64,000 nt of DNA from an uncultured Myxococcales bacterium (lineage in GTDB: Bacteria; Myxococcota; UBA4151), in contig CAXGWI010000005.1 of the NCBI GenBank assembly GCA_964013405.1, positions 1 to 64,000 on the forward strand, in the 5' to 3' direction. The stretch's first letter is position 1. The number at the start of each line of letters is the position of its first letter. The position numbers and the translations under genes were made by a program. The notes beneath the pieces are model-generated. The model had not been told where the DNA came from, did not search any database, and saw only the letters and a program-made list of their open reading frames with translations. This document shows, piece after piece, positions 16,206-25,228 of the stretch.

Positions 16206-17480
16206 ATGAATGCCGCCACCGCCACCTTAGCGCCCCCCAGGGGGGAACTCAGCCGGAGTCCGGCGGCCCAATGGGTTGGCGAAGAAGCAGCCCGCCTCGG
16301 CCTGTTGGTCAGTCAGTTCGAAGCTTGGGAGCCCCCGCCGACGCCGGCCCATTGGTTGCCGGAAGGTCGCCCGGATCTGACCGTGGCGCCCCGTTGGCAG
16401 CGAGGGGTCTTGGTGGAGGGAAAATACCAGGCCCACACCCACGACCGCCGCATCGCCAGTTACCACCCAGGTTATCGGGCAAAATGGATGGCCCATGAGT
16501 ATCTCCATGGGATCGTCGGCTTTGCTTGGCATCCTGAGGGCTCGGATTTCTTCCACGCCCTCGCCGCTTGGCAGGCGGAGATTCTGCCCGTGGCGATCTG
16601 GTACTTCCACGACGAGTATGGCCTGCGGCGCTGTCCGGAGCATCAGGGCGGTGGACCGCTGTTTCGTGTCTTTTGTGCGGCCTGCGAAACGGTGGCTGGC
16701 GACGGGCCCCTGGCCCCATCGAACGACGATCGATGCCGGTGGTATGAAGCCGGTCGAGCCTTCGTTGAAGAACAGCTCGCCGGCGTTCGAGCCAGCGTCA
16801 AAGCAGGCGATTTTGAGGCCCGGCCTTGGGCGAGCCTCGATCTCGCCAGTGATGGCACGGCCTACGCCCAGGCCCAAAGTGGCCGGCTGGAGAGCGAGGC
16901 TTTCCGCCGCTTCATGGACCTTTTTCCGCCCCCAGCCGACAGCCTCGAAGCCTTCGAAGCCCGGATCCTCCAGGTGCTGGATGCCCTGGAGCAGGGACAT
17001 GCTCTCGACGAGCCAGGGAGCGATTGGCGGGCCCGGGACCTGTGTTGGCGCTTGTTGAGTTTGTGGAGCGATTGCGAGGGGGAAGTTCGTGAGCACATTC
17101 TCGATCTCGCCCAGCAGCAAGCCCAGGGCTTCGATCAGTTCCCGGCCGTGCTCGCTGCTTATCGCCAACTCCATGAGGACTGGTACCTGCCCGAGGCCGA
17201 CGGGCTTTTTGCGGTGGGCTATCCCCTTGGCTTCGACGGTTTGGGGCGCTCCATCCCCCGAGTGCGGGCCGGGCTCGCCAGCGTTTGTCCCCTCACCCTT
17301 GAGGCCGCTGATCCGAGCTTGATTCAGGCTTTTGCGAGTCAGGACGGTCTTGAGCGCAGCCCCCTCGTGCAGCGGTTTCAGCGCTTTCTAGAGCGGCAAG
17401 ATGTCGGCGCTGAGCTGGGGGAACTCATGGCCATGGAAGCTCGGGCTGCCCGCCTGGCAAGGGGGGGAGAAGCCCCATGA
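16206..17480 (+). CDS. Hypothetical protein with HExxH motif and Cys/His cluster
   Basis: Long ORF in operon context, AHEYLHG, C..H...C..C. Confidence 0.75.
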   Translation: MNAATATLAPPRGELSRSPAAQWVGEEAARLGLLVSQFEAWEPPPTPAHWLPEGRPDLTVAPRWQRGVLVEGKYQAHTHDRRIASYHPGYRAKWMAHEYLHGIVGFAWHPEGSDFFHALAAWQAEILPVAIWYFHDEYGLRRCPEHQGGGPLFRVFCAACETVAGDGPLAPSNDDRCRWYEAGRAFVEEQLAGVRASVKAGDFEARPWASLDLASDGTAYAQAQSGRLESEAFRRFMDLFPPPADSLEAFEARILQVLDALEQGHALDEPGSDWRARDLCWRLLSLWSDCEGEVREHILDLAQQQAQGFDQFPAVLAAYRQLHEDWYLPEADGLFAVGYPLGFDGLGRSIPRVRAGLASVCPLTLEAADPSLIQAFASQDGLERSPLVQRFQRFLERQDVGAELGELMAMEARAARLARGGEAP

Positions 17481-18676
17481 GCCCAGGCCAGCAACCCAGC
17501 TTCAAACTAATCTATCTGACGGCCTTTACCCACCTCTTTGGCTTCGGCTTGCTGTTGCCCCAGCTGCCCCAGTTGGTCTCGGGTCTGGGCGGCGCAGGAT
17601 TTTGGTATGGGCTCGTGGTCACCGTCTACGCCGGTGGGCAATTCGTCGGCGGGCCCCTCCTGGGGCGTCTCAGTGATCGGATCGGCCGCAAGCCGGTCCT
17701 TCTGCTCAGCTTAGGCGCAAGTGCAGCCGTCCTCTTCGCCACGGCCTATGTGGATAGCCTCCTCGCATTGACCTTGGCTCGACTGGCTGCCGGTCTGGCC
17801 GCTGGCGCCATTTTGACCTGCCAGGCCGTGATCGCCGATCACACCCAACCCGAGAAGCGGGCCGCCACCCTCGGCAGCCTCGGGGCCTCCATGGGCCTGG
17901 GTTTCGTCGTCGGCCCAGCCTTGGGCGCGGTGCTCTCCGATTTTGGATTTTCCGGTGCCTGCTTTACCGCCGCCATCGCCCTGGGTCTGAACCTGCTGGT
18001 GGTCCAGTTTGGTTTTGCGGAGCGGGCGCCCCTCCATTCGAGCCCAAGCAGTGCCGTGCCGCCGGGCCTGGGGCAGTTGGCCCAGTACCTCCAGCGGCCG
18101 ATCGTCGGTCGGGTCCTGGTGGCTTGTTTCCTTTCAGCCATCGCATTAACGGCCCTGCGGGGCAGCTTTCCCATGTACATGCAGGATCGTTTCCTCCTCG
18201 GGCCCCGCGGGCTCGGCATGGTCTTTACGTGGATCGGTCTCTTTGCTGTCTTCAGTCAGGGCGTGTTGGTGCGCATCCTCGTTCGTCGCTGGGATGAACA
18301 ACGGGTTGCCCGCCTGGGCATCGCTCTCCTGGCCGTCTGCCTGGGCTTGTTGCCACTGGTCCCCAGTCTGGGGGCCGCCCTTGCGGTGGTGGCAGGTCTC
18401 GCTCTGGGGCAGGGCCTCTTTATACCGACCCTGACCGCCGTGCTGAGTCGGGCCACGTCAGCCCATGAACAGGGGATCGTTTTGGGCCTGGGTCAATCGG
18501 CCACGGCCCTGGCCCGCAGTTTAGGCCCCGTCAGCGTCGGCATCCTCTACGACCAGAACATGGCGCTGCCCTATTATGCGGCCGCGGTGACGGCCGCGGT
18601 CGCCCTGTTGATCATGTACGGACTCGGCTCGCAGCGGGAGCGCCATCACCGTGCACCTGAAGTTGGAATGGGCTAG
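17477..18676 (+). CDS. MFS transporter (DHA1 / TetA-like)
   Basis: About 12 hydrophobic segments, GRLSDRIGRKP, GFVVGPALG. Confidence 0.93.
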   Translation: MSPGQQPSFKLIYLTAFTHLFGFGLLLPQLPQLVSGLGGAGFWYGLVVTVYAGGQFVGGPLLGRLSDRIGRKPVLLLSLGASAAVLFATAYVDSLLALTLARLAAGLAAGAILTCQAVIADHTQPEKRAATLGSLGASMGLGFVVGPALGAVLSDFGFSGACFTAAIALGLNLLVVQFGFAERAPLHSSPSSAVPPGLGQLAQYLQRPIVGRVLVACFLSAIALTALRGSFPMYMQDRFLLGPRGLGMVFTWIGLFAVFSQGVLVRILVRRWDEQRVARLGIALLAVCLGLLPLVPSLGAALAVVAGLALGQGLFIPTLTAVLSRATSAHEQGIVLGLGQSATALARSLGPVSVGILYDQNMALPYYAAAVTAAVALLIMYGLGSQRERHHRAPEVGMG

Positions 18677-18684
18677 AGAGAAAC

Positions 18685-21267
18685 ATGTCCAGCACCCTTC
18701 TTCTCCCCATGGCGGTTACGGTCATTCTGGCAACGCCAGGGGCCAAAGCGCCGGCCGGCGGCTTGGTCACCGCACCGGCCTTGTTGCCAGGAGAGCGGGT
18801 GCCTTACCCGGACCCCCCTGGCCTCGGCGGTCCCGAAGGGCGCTGTGATGCCCTCATCGACATCGACGACACGGGCCTAGTGCAACGGATCCAAATCCTG
18901 ACCTGTAGTGACCCTCGTTTTGCGGCCCAGTTGCTCGACCATGGTCCCAATTATCGTTTTTCACCGGGGGCCACGGCGGAGGGACCGGTCCCGGTCCGGA
19001 TCCGCTGGGAGGAGCTCTTTGTTCCCCCGGAGCCTCCCAAACCCGTGGTGAAGCCGGTCCGATTGTTGGGCCAGGTTCGGGAAGCCGGCACGGGCGTGGT
19101 GTTGCCGGGCATTGAGGTGACCGTGGCCAAGCAGCAAGTCGAGACGGACACGAAGGGGCGCTTCTCCTTTCGGGGTACCGGCGATGGGGAGCATATCCTG
19201 CGCTTCGTGGCCGATGGTTATCACCCAAAAACCCAGGGGGTCGTCCTGGCTCCCCAGGAGCAGGTGGAGCTCAACATTTACCTACGCCCAACCGCGGCCA
19301 ACCGCTTCGTGGCGGTGGTGAAGAAGCGGAAGGAAGAGGCCTCCATCGTCCGCCGGACCCTCCATGCGGAGGAATTGGCCCGGGTGCCTGGCACGATGGG
19401 CGATCCGATCCGGGCGGTGGAGCGATTACCGGGGGTCGCCCGAGCCCCCTTCTTCGGCGGGGCCTTGATCGTTCGAGGGGGGCAAACTCAAGACACGGGT
19501 GTGCATATCGACGCCTACCAAGTCCCCCTTTTGTTCCACTTTGGTGGCGGGCCCTCGATCATTCATCCGGACCTCGTCGAGCAGATCGACTTCCTCCCCG
19601 GCGGCTTCAGCTCGGAATATGGCCGGGCCATCGCCGGCATTATCGACGTGAAGACTCGGCGGGCCGACGGCAGTCGGTTCAGTGGGAAGATCGACATCGA
19701 CTTGCTGGACTCAGGGTTGCGGGTCGAAGGCCCCGTGGATCGGGAGGGGAACTGGGCCGCTGCCCTGACCGCTCGACGCTCGTACGTCGACCAGTTGTTG
19801 CCCATCGCCCTCGACGCCGTGGGGGCGGGCAGTGAGGTCCGGGTGCAGCCGGTCTACTGGGATTACCAGGCCCGGCTCGACTATGTGAAGAAGGGCAGCC
19901 CTCGAAAGGGCGGCCTGCGACTCTACGGTAGCGACGATGTTTTTCGCCTGGTCAGCGCCGATGAAGAGGCCGCTCGCCGGGAAGGCCGCCCCCCCGGCAT
20001 CGGCATTCATACCCGCTTTCATCATCTGGTCGCCGATGTGGAGCAGCGACTGGGCCCAGGAACTCGACTGCTGGCGGACATGAAGCTCGGCACCACCCGA
20101 ACCGGGGGTGATGTGGGCGATATTCGCTGGGATTTGGGCTACACCTCCGCGGCTCTGCGGGGTCAAGTTCGTCACCGAGTCCACCCGGGCCTTGAGTTGA
20201 GAACAGGCCTGGCCTTCGAGGACCAGTACTGGACGAGCGATGCGCGCATCCCGGTCAACTCGATCCTCGAGCGGAATTTTCCAGGCAGCGATTTGGGCGA
20301 CGACTTCACGCTGACGGAGATCTCCGAGAATGGCAACGGGATCGGGCTCGATGGCTTTCTCACCCTTCATTGGAAGCCGGACCGAGAACTGGATTTCTTT
20401 CCTGGCTTGCGCATCAGTACCAGCCATTGGGGGGATCAAAGCCGAGTGGCCTTCGAGCCACGCCTGAGCCTGCAGGTGAAGTTGGATCCGGAGGGTCGAC
20501 ACCGGCTTAAGTTCCAGAGCGGCCACTATACTCGCATGCCCCAGCCCCAGGAGGTGTCGAACACCTTGGGCGATCCCGGCCTCGAGTTGGTGAAAGCCTG
20601 GCAATACGGGATCGGCTACGAGATCGAGGTCGACCCCTACCTCACCACCGATCTGCAGATGTATTATCGCCGCATGTGGGACGGCATCACGAACAACCGG
20701 AATTACGTCAATGGGGGCAGTGAGCCCCGCATTCACAATGAAGGCTGGGGCCGGGCCTACGGCATCGAGTTGATGGTGCGGGCGAATCCCGGACCCAAGC
20801 CCTACTATGGCTGGATCGCCTACACCCTCAACCGCAGCGAGCTCTACGATGGGGATCGGCCCGAAGATGGCTGGACCTTGTTCAACCTCGACCAAACCCA
20901 CATCCTCAACACCGTGCTGGGCTACAAGTTTGGCTATGGCTGGGTCACAGGGCTGACCATTCGACTCGTCAGCGGGACGCCGACCACCACCCTGGAAGGG
21001 GCCCGCTTCGATGTGGATACGGGGGATTATCGAGCTTTTCGTAGCGAGAAGAACGACGCCCGCAAGCCTCCCTTCTTTCAGGTCGATTGGCGTATCGAGA
21101 AACGCATCGCCCGGGCGAGGACCGCCTGGGTCTGGTATGTGGATGTGATGAACCTAACCAATCACGAGAACACCGAGTTCTACATTTATCAGTATGACTT
21201 CCGGGCCCGGACCAGCTTGCCTGGCTTGCCCTTCTTCCCTTCCCTCGGTTTGGAGTACACGTGGTGA
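18685..21267 (+). CDS. TonB-dependent receptor with N-terminal TonB-C-like and carboxypeptidase-regulatory-like domains
   Basis: Plug motifs PGTMGDPIRAVERLPGV, LFHFGG, FLPGGFSSEYGR. Beta-barrel ending in an aromatic residue (LEYTW). Confidence 0.92.
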   Translation: MSSTLLLPMAVTVILATPGAKAPAGGLVTAPALLPGERVPYPDPPGLGGPEGRCDALIDIDDTGLVQRIQILTCSDPRFAAQLLDHGPNYRFSPGATAEGPVPVRIRWEELFVPPEPPKPVVKPVRLLGQVREAGTGVVLPGIEVTVAKQQVETDTKGRFSFRGTGDGEHILRFVADGYHPKTQGVVLAPQEQVELNIYLRPTAANRFVAVVKKRKEEASIVRRTLHAEELARVPGTMGDPIRAVERLPGVARAPFFGGALIVRGGQTQDTGVHIDAYQVPLLFHFGGGPSIIHPDLVEQIDFLPGGFSSEYGRAIAGIIDVKTRRADGSRFSGKIDIDLLDSGLRVEGPVDREGNWAAALTARRSYVDQLLPIALDAVGAGSEVRVQPVYWDYQARLDYVKKGSPRKGGLRLYGSDDVFRLVSADEEAARREGRPPGIGIHTRFHHLVADVEQRLGPGTRLLADMKLGTTRTGGDVGDIRWDLGYTSAALRGQVRHRVHPGLELRTGLAFEDQYWTSDARIPVNSILERNFPGSDLGDDFTLTEISENGNGIGLDGFLTLHWKPDRELDFFPGLRISTSHWGDQSRVAFEPRLSLQVKLDPEGRHRLKFQSGHYTRMPQPQEVSNTLGDPGLELVKAWQYGIGYEIEVDPYLTTDLQMYYRRMWDGITNNRNYVNGGSEPRIHNEGWGRAYGIELMVRANPGPKPYYGWIAYTLNRSELYDGDRPEDGWTLFNLDQTHILNTVLGYKFGYGWVTGLTIRLVSGTPTTTLEGARFDVDTGDYRAFRSEKNDARKPPFFQVDWRIEKRIARARTAWVWYVDVMNLTNHENTEFYIYQYDFRARTSLPGLPFFPSLGLEYTW

Positions 21268-22247
21268 GAATCGGGATCCTGCTCATCGCCGCGACGGCCA
21301 CGGCTTGCCTGGGGGAATTGGAGTCCTCCCAAAGGGTGAGTCGAACCCGGATTTTAGCCATTCAGGCCGAGCCACCCACGATGATGCTGGGGGCGACGAC
21401 CCGGTTGCGGGCCCTGGTGGCGACGCCGCCGGGGGAGGAGGTCGCGGAAACGGCCCTCCGGTGGCTCGACTGTGGTGGCGAAACCCGGCCCGATGAAAGC
21501 CGAGATCTGTGCCAGGAGAACCCGGAGCGCAGCTTGGGAACCGGCTTTGAGGTGGACTACCAGCTCCCCGAAAACCTGGACCCCAGCCTGGTGGCTGAAC
21601 AGTCCTTTACCGGCGGCTACTGGCAACGGGTGAGTTTGCAGGTCGCCGGGGCCGGGGAGAACTTTGACCGGGCTTTTAAACGGGTGGTGGTCCAGCTCCC
21701 CGCCCCGGGCCCGGTCCCGCCGGCCGAAGCCCCCAACCAGAACCCGAACATGGTGGAGCCCGTCGTCGAGATCCTCAAAAAGAACAGCGATGAAGTGGAG
21801 GCGGTTCTGGGGCCCGACGAAGCCCTGAAGCCGGATCTGCGCTACCGGTTCAGTTTCGACTTTCCCCTCGAAGACCACGAAGCCTTCATTCGGCGCTACG
21901 TGGATTTATCCGGCCTCGATTTGGCCAAGGTTGATGACCTCTCTGAGGAGGATTGGCTCCAACGACTCCGGCAGGAGGAGACCTTTGAGAGCCTACGCAT
22001 GCGGGCTTACAGTACCGATGGTCGCATCGGCGAGACCCAGTTAGGGACCACCAAAAACGAGGGCGTTGAGCCCGGTGAGCGGAGCTACTACCCCTTTCAT
22101 TGGCAATTCAGCATTCCCCTGACCGAGGGCTTTGAAGAGACGCCTCGAGCCGAGCCTTTGCCCGCGGAGATCCGGCTTTGGTTCATCGTCTATGATGGCC
22201 GCGGTGGCATCGACTGGTTGGCTTGGAGTCGAGCCCTCGAGCCTTAG
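21261..22247 (+). CDS. Lipoprotein partner of the TonB-dependent receptor
   Basis: Lipobox ATAC, RILAIQAEPP, C-terminal W.IVYDGRGG.DW, overlaps the receptor stop. Confidence 0.75.
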   Translation: MVRIGILLIAATATACLGELESSQRVSRTRILAIQAEPPTMMLGATTRLRALVATPPGEEVAETALRWLDCGGETRPDESRDLCQENPERSLGTGFEVDYQLPENLDPSLVAEQSFTGGYWQRVSLQVAGAGENFDRAFKRVVVQLPAPGPVPPAEAPNQNPNMVEPVVEILKKNSDEVEAVLGPDEALKPDLRYRFSFDFPLEDHEAFIRRYVDLSGLDLAKVDDLSEEDWLQRLRQEETFESLRMRAYSTDGRIGETQLGTTKNEGVEPGERSYYPFHWQFSIPLTEGFEETPRAEPLPAEIRLWFIVYDGRGGIDWLAWSRALEP

Positions 22248-22886
22248 TTAGCTGCGCTTTCGGATCAGATTGAGACCGTCCCGGACGCTCAGGATGACCT
22301 GTTCCACCCGGTCATCGGCCGCCACCTTTTCATTGAAGGCAGCGAGGGCATGGTCGCTGGGTGCCTGGGGGTTCAGTACATTGCCCGACCAGAGCACGTT
22401 GTCGGCCACCATGACGCCGCCAGGTCTGAGTTTGGGCAGCAGAAGATCGAAGTAGTTGGCGTAGTTTGCTTTGTCCGCGTCGATGAACACGAAATCGATG
22501 GGCTCGCTGAGATCGGCGAGGGTTTCGAGAGCCGGCCCTAGCCGCAATTCGATCTGCTGATCCTGACCCATCTTTTGCCAGGCCTCTTGGCCTAAGGCCG
22601 TGCACTCGGCGTCCACATCGCAGGTGATCAGTTTGCCGGACTCGGTGAGCCCCTCGGCGATCCAGCTGCTGGCGTAGCCCGTAAAGGTGCCCACCTCCAC
22701 GGCGAGGCGTCCACCGCTCAATGCGGTCAGGGTTTTGAGGGTCTGGCCCACCAAGGGACCACTGAGCATCTGGGGCACCTGCATGCGGGCATAGGTCGCT
22801 TCCCGCAGCCAAGTTCGGACGGGATGATCGGCCACCGAATGGCTGCGAGCATAATCTTCGATCGCATCGGGAACGAGGGTGAGCAT
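22248..22886 (-). CDS. SAM-dependent O-methyltransferase (caffeoyl-CoA OMT-like)
   Basis: EVGTFTGY, DFVFIDADK.NY, ADNVLWSG, RDGL. Confidence 0.93.
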   Translation of the reverse strand: MLTLVPDAIEDYARSHSVADHPVRTWLREATYARMQVPQMLSGPLVGQTLKTLTALSGGRLAVEVGTFTGYASSWIAEGLTESGKLITCDVDAECTALGQEAWQKMGQDQQIELRLGPALETLADLSEPIDFVFIDADKANYANYFDLLLPKLRPGGVMVADNVLWSGNVLNPQAPSDHALAAFNEKVAADDRVEQVILSVRDGLNLIRKRS

Positions 22887-22996
22887 GGTATGGACTCCTT
22901 CAAAAGGGCGTCAGCCTATAGGCCGAGCAAGGCGACTTGAAAACCGCGACCAGCCGGCGCTCGGCAGCTTGGTTTATTGACAGATGTCGCCGCGGA

Positions 22997-23893
22997 TCAC
23001 TCCTCGCAGGTCTGTCCCGATGGCTCACAGGTGACCCAGTCAACGCAGGCCCAGCAGCCATCACGAATAACGCTGACGGTGCCATGTTCGCAGACTGGGC
23101 GGGTGCAACGACAGGTCAGTCGGTCCTCGGTGGCACAACCATGGGGCGTGCAGGCCTGAACGCAGTCCTCGCAGCCATCACAGCTGGGGTGGGCGCAGTG
23201 ATTACAGCTGTGGCTTGCCGGACAGTCTGCGTCATTCTCGCAGGCGCCCTCGCCCCGGGGCATGCAGGTCTCGATGCGCACGCACTCCCAGCACCCCCCT
23301 TGGACCGCTGGGATGTCTGCACCACAATCCGGCATTCCAATTTCACACATGAGTTCCCCGCCGTCATCGCAGGATTCATCACGCCCGGGACCGCCTTCGG
23401 GCACGCAGGTTTCTTCGTCGACGCAAAGCCAGCAACCGTCGATAATCGCCGGGATGTAACCCATATCGCAAACGGGCTCGGCCATGCGGCAGGTGAGTTC
23501 ACTGCCATCATCACAGAAGGTCACCCGTCCCGCACCGGCCGGGCGGCACGTGCGGCTATCCACACAGACCCAACAACTGTCTTGAATCGCTAACATCTCG
23601 CCGGCGCCACAGGGGGGCTCCTGGGCCGGACAGGTTCGCCGCGTGCCATCATCGCAGCGTTCATCCCGGGCCGGAGCACCGGCGTCGGGGGGTGCGGAAC
23701 CCGCGTCGGCGGCCGGCGCTTGGCCCGTGTCAGTTCCTGCGCCGCTATCTTCAACGGGCTCGGGGCCGCTGTCGGTCACGGTGTTCCCCGAGTCCGCGGC
23801 TGCCGCCGGTCCGGCGTCGGCCTCCACATTGTCCTCCGCTGGACATGCGGCGATCAGGCTCAAGGTGAGGCAAGTGGCGATCGTATATCTCAT
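22997..23893 (-). CDS. Cys-rich repeat lipoprotein
   Basis: Lipobox LIAAC, DAG/DSG-rich linker, four six-Cys repeats. Confidence 0.8.
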   Translation of the reverse strand: MRYTIATCLTLSLIAACPAEDNVEADAGPAAAADSGNTVTDSGPEPVEDSGAGTDTGQAPAADAGSAPPDAGAPARDERCDDGTRRTCPAQEPPCGAGEMLAIQDSCWVCVDSRTCRPAGAGRVTFCDDGSELTCRMAEPVCDMGYIPAIIDGCWLCVDEETCVPEGGPGRDESCDDGGELMCEIGMPDCGADIPAVQGGCWECVRIETCMPRGEGACENDADCPASHSCNHCAHPSCDGCEDCVQACTPHGCATEDRLTCRCTRPVCEHGTVSVIRDGCWACVDWVTCEPSGQTCEE

Positions 23894-24001
23894 GACGAGC
23901 TCCCTAGGCAGCCTGCCAGCTTGCCCGCCCAAAGGGCAAGGTGGGACAATTGCGGCTGTCGCAGGCCTCGGCTATGACTCTCGCGCCTTCTAGGAGGATT
24001 C

Positions 24002-25162
24002 TTGCGTTACCCTGCCCTGCTTCTCTCGCTCTTTGTGCTCGCTTGTGCACCCGATGACAGCAATCTACCCGGCGAATTGGGGGGGGAGCCAGAGCCGCCC
24101 CCGCCCTACGACCCGATGCCTGCGTGGGCGGATTTGGAAGCCGAGGCTTGGACCGAGATCAACCCCGGTTGGAACACCCTCTGCTCTCGAGGTCAGCCTT
24201 GGGGCTTCTTCGTGCGTCCCGGGGACCCGAAGAAGGTGGTGGTTGAGTTTCAAGGCGGTGGCGCCTGTTGGAACTTTGGCACCTGTTCCGTCGCCGACGC
24301 CATCTTTAAGGACAACATCGATGATGTTCGCCAGGCCGTGATGGCGGGCACCTTTAGTGGGATCTATGACCAAAATAATGACGACAATCCGATCAAGGGG
24401 TGGACCCACGTGTTTGTGCCCTACTGTACCGGTGACATCCACTGGGGCGAGTCGGAGATGCTCTACGAACAAGAGGGTGTAGAGTCTTTCAATCTGCACC
24501 ACAAAGGGGCCAACAACAGCCGGGCGATGATGTACTGGCTGAGCCAGCAAGGGATCGTGGCGCCCGAAAAGATCTTTGTGACCGGCTGTAGCGCTGGGTC
24601 CTACGGCAGTGTGGGCTGGGCACCTTATTTGATGCAGCAGTACCCGGCAGCGAAGGTTGTTCAGATGGGGGACTGTGGAGCCGGTGTGATCACCGACAGC
24701 TTCCTCAGCGACTCCTTTCCGGTTTGGGAAGCCCGCAAAATGCTACCCGAATGGATTCCTGCCTTACACCCGGACACGGTCGACCTTTCAAACATGGCCC
24801 TCTACGACCTCTATCGGGAGATCGGCAATCACCACAGTGATCAGCGAGTCAGTCAATACAACACGATCTATGACAGCACGCAGGTGACTTACTTCCGCTA
24901 CATGGGCGCGGGCGGTGATGGTGACCCCAGGGAGAACTGGCGTGCCGGCATGCTCGATTCCATGAAGCGAATCGCCGACAGCACCGAGAACTTCCGCTAC
25001 TTCATCGCCGAGGGGGAAGATCACTGCATCCTCCACCGCGACAGTTTTTATACGGTCAGCGAAGACGGCACGAGCTTGGTGGATTGGATCAACAGCATGC
25101 TCGACGATGACACCGTCGAGAACCCGAGCTGTGAGAACTGCGAACCTGCGCTCCTTGAATAG
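24002..25162 (+). CDS. Pectinacetylesterase/Notum-family hydrolase lipoprotein
   Basis: Lipobox VLAC, FQGGGACW, PYCTGD, VTGCSAG, HC near C-terminus. Confidence 0.88.
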   Translation: MRYPALLLSLFVLACAPDDSNLPGELGGEPEPPPPYDPMPAWADLEAEAWTEINPGWNTLCSRGQPWGFFVRPGDPKKVVVEFQGGGACWNFGTCSVADAIFKDNIDDVRQAVMAGTFSGIYDQNNDDNPIKGWTHVFVPYCTGDIHWGESEMLYEQEGVESFNLHHKGANNSRAMMYWLSQQGIVAPEKIFVTGCSAGSYGSVGWAPYLMQQYPAAKVVQMGDCGAGVITDSFLSDSFPVWEARKMLPEWIPALHPDTVDLSNMALYDLYREIGNHHSDQRVSQYNTIYDSTQVTYFRYMGAGGDGDPRENWRAGMLDSMKRIADSTENFRYFIAEGEDHCILHRDSFYTVSEDGTSLVDWINSMLDDDTVENPSCENCEPALLE

Positions 25163-25228
25163 CACAGTGGTTTCAGGGAAAGGCTGGAGGGCTTCTTTTC
25201 CTGAGGACCGAAAGAGACTCGGTCGAGC

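Noticed and set aside
17477..18676. tetA tetracycline resistance gene
   Set aside because: Only family-level DHA1 motifs are visible, with no tetR or mobile context, so the substrate cannot be assigned.
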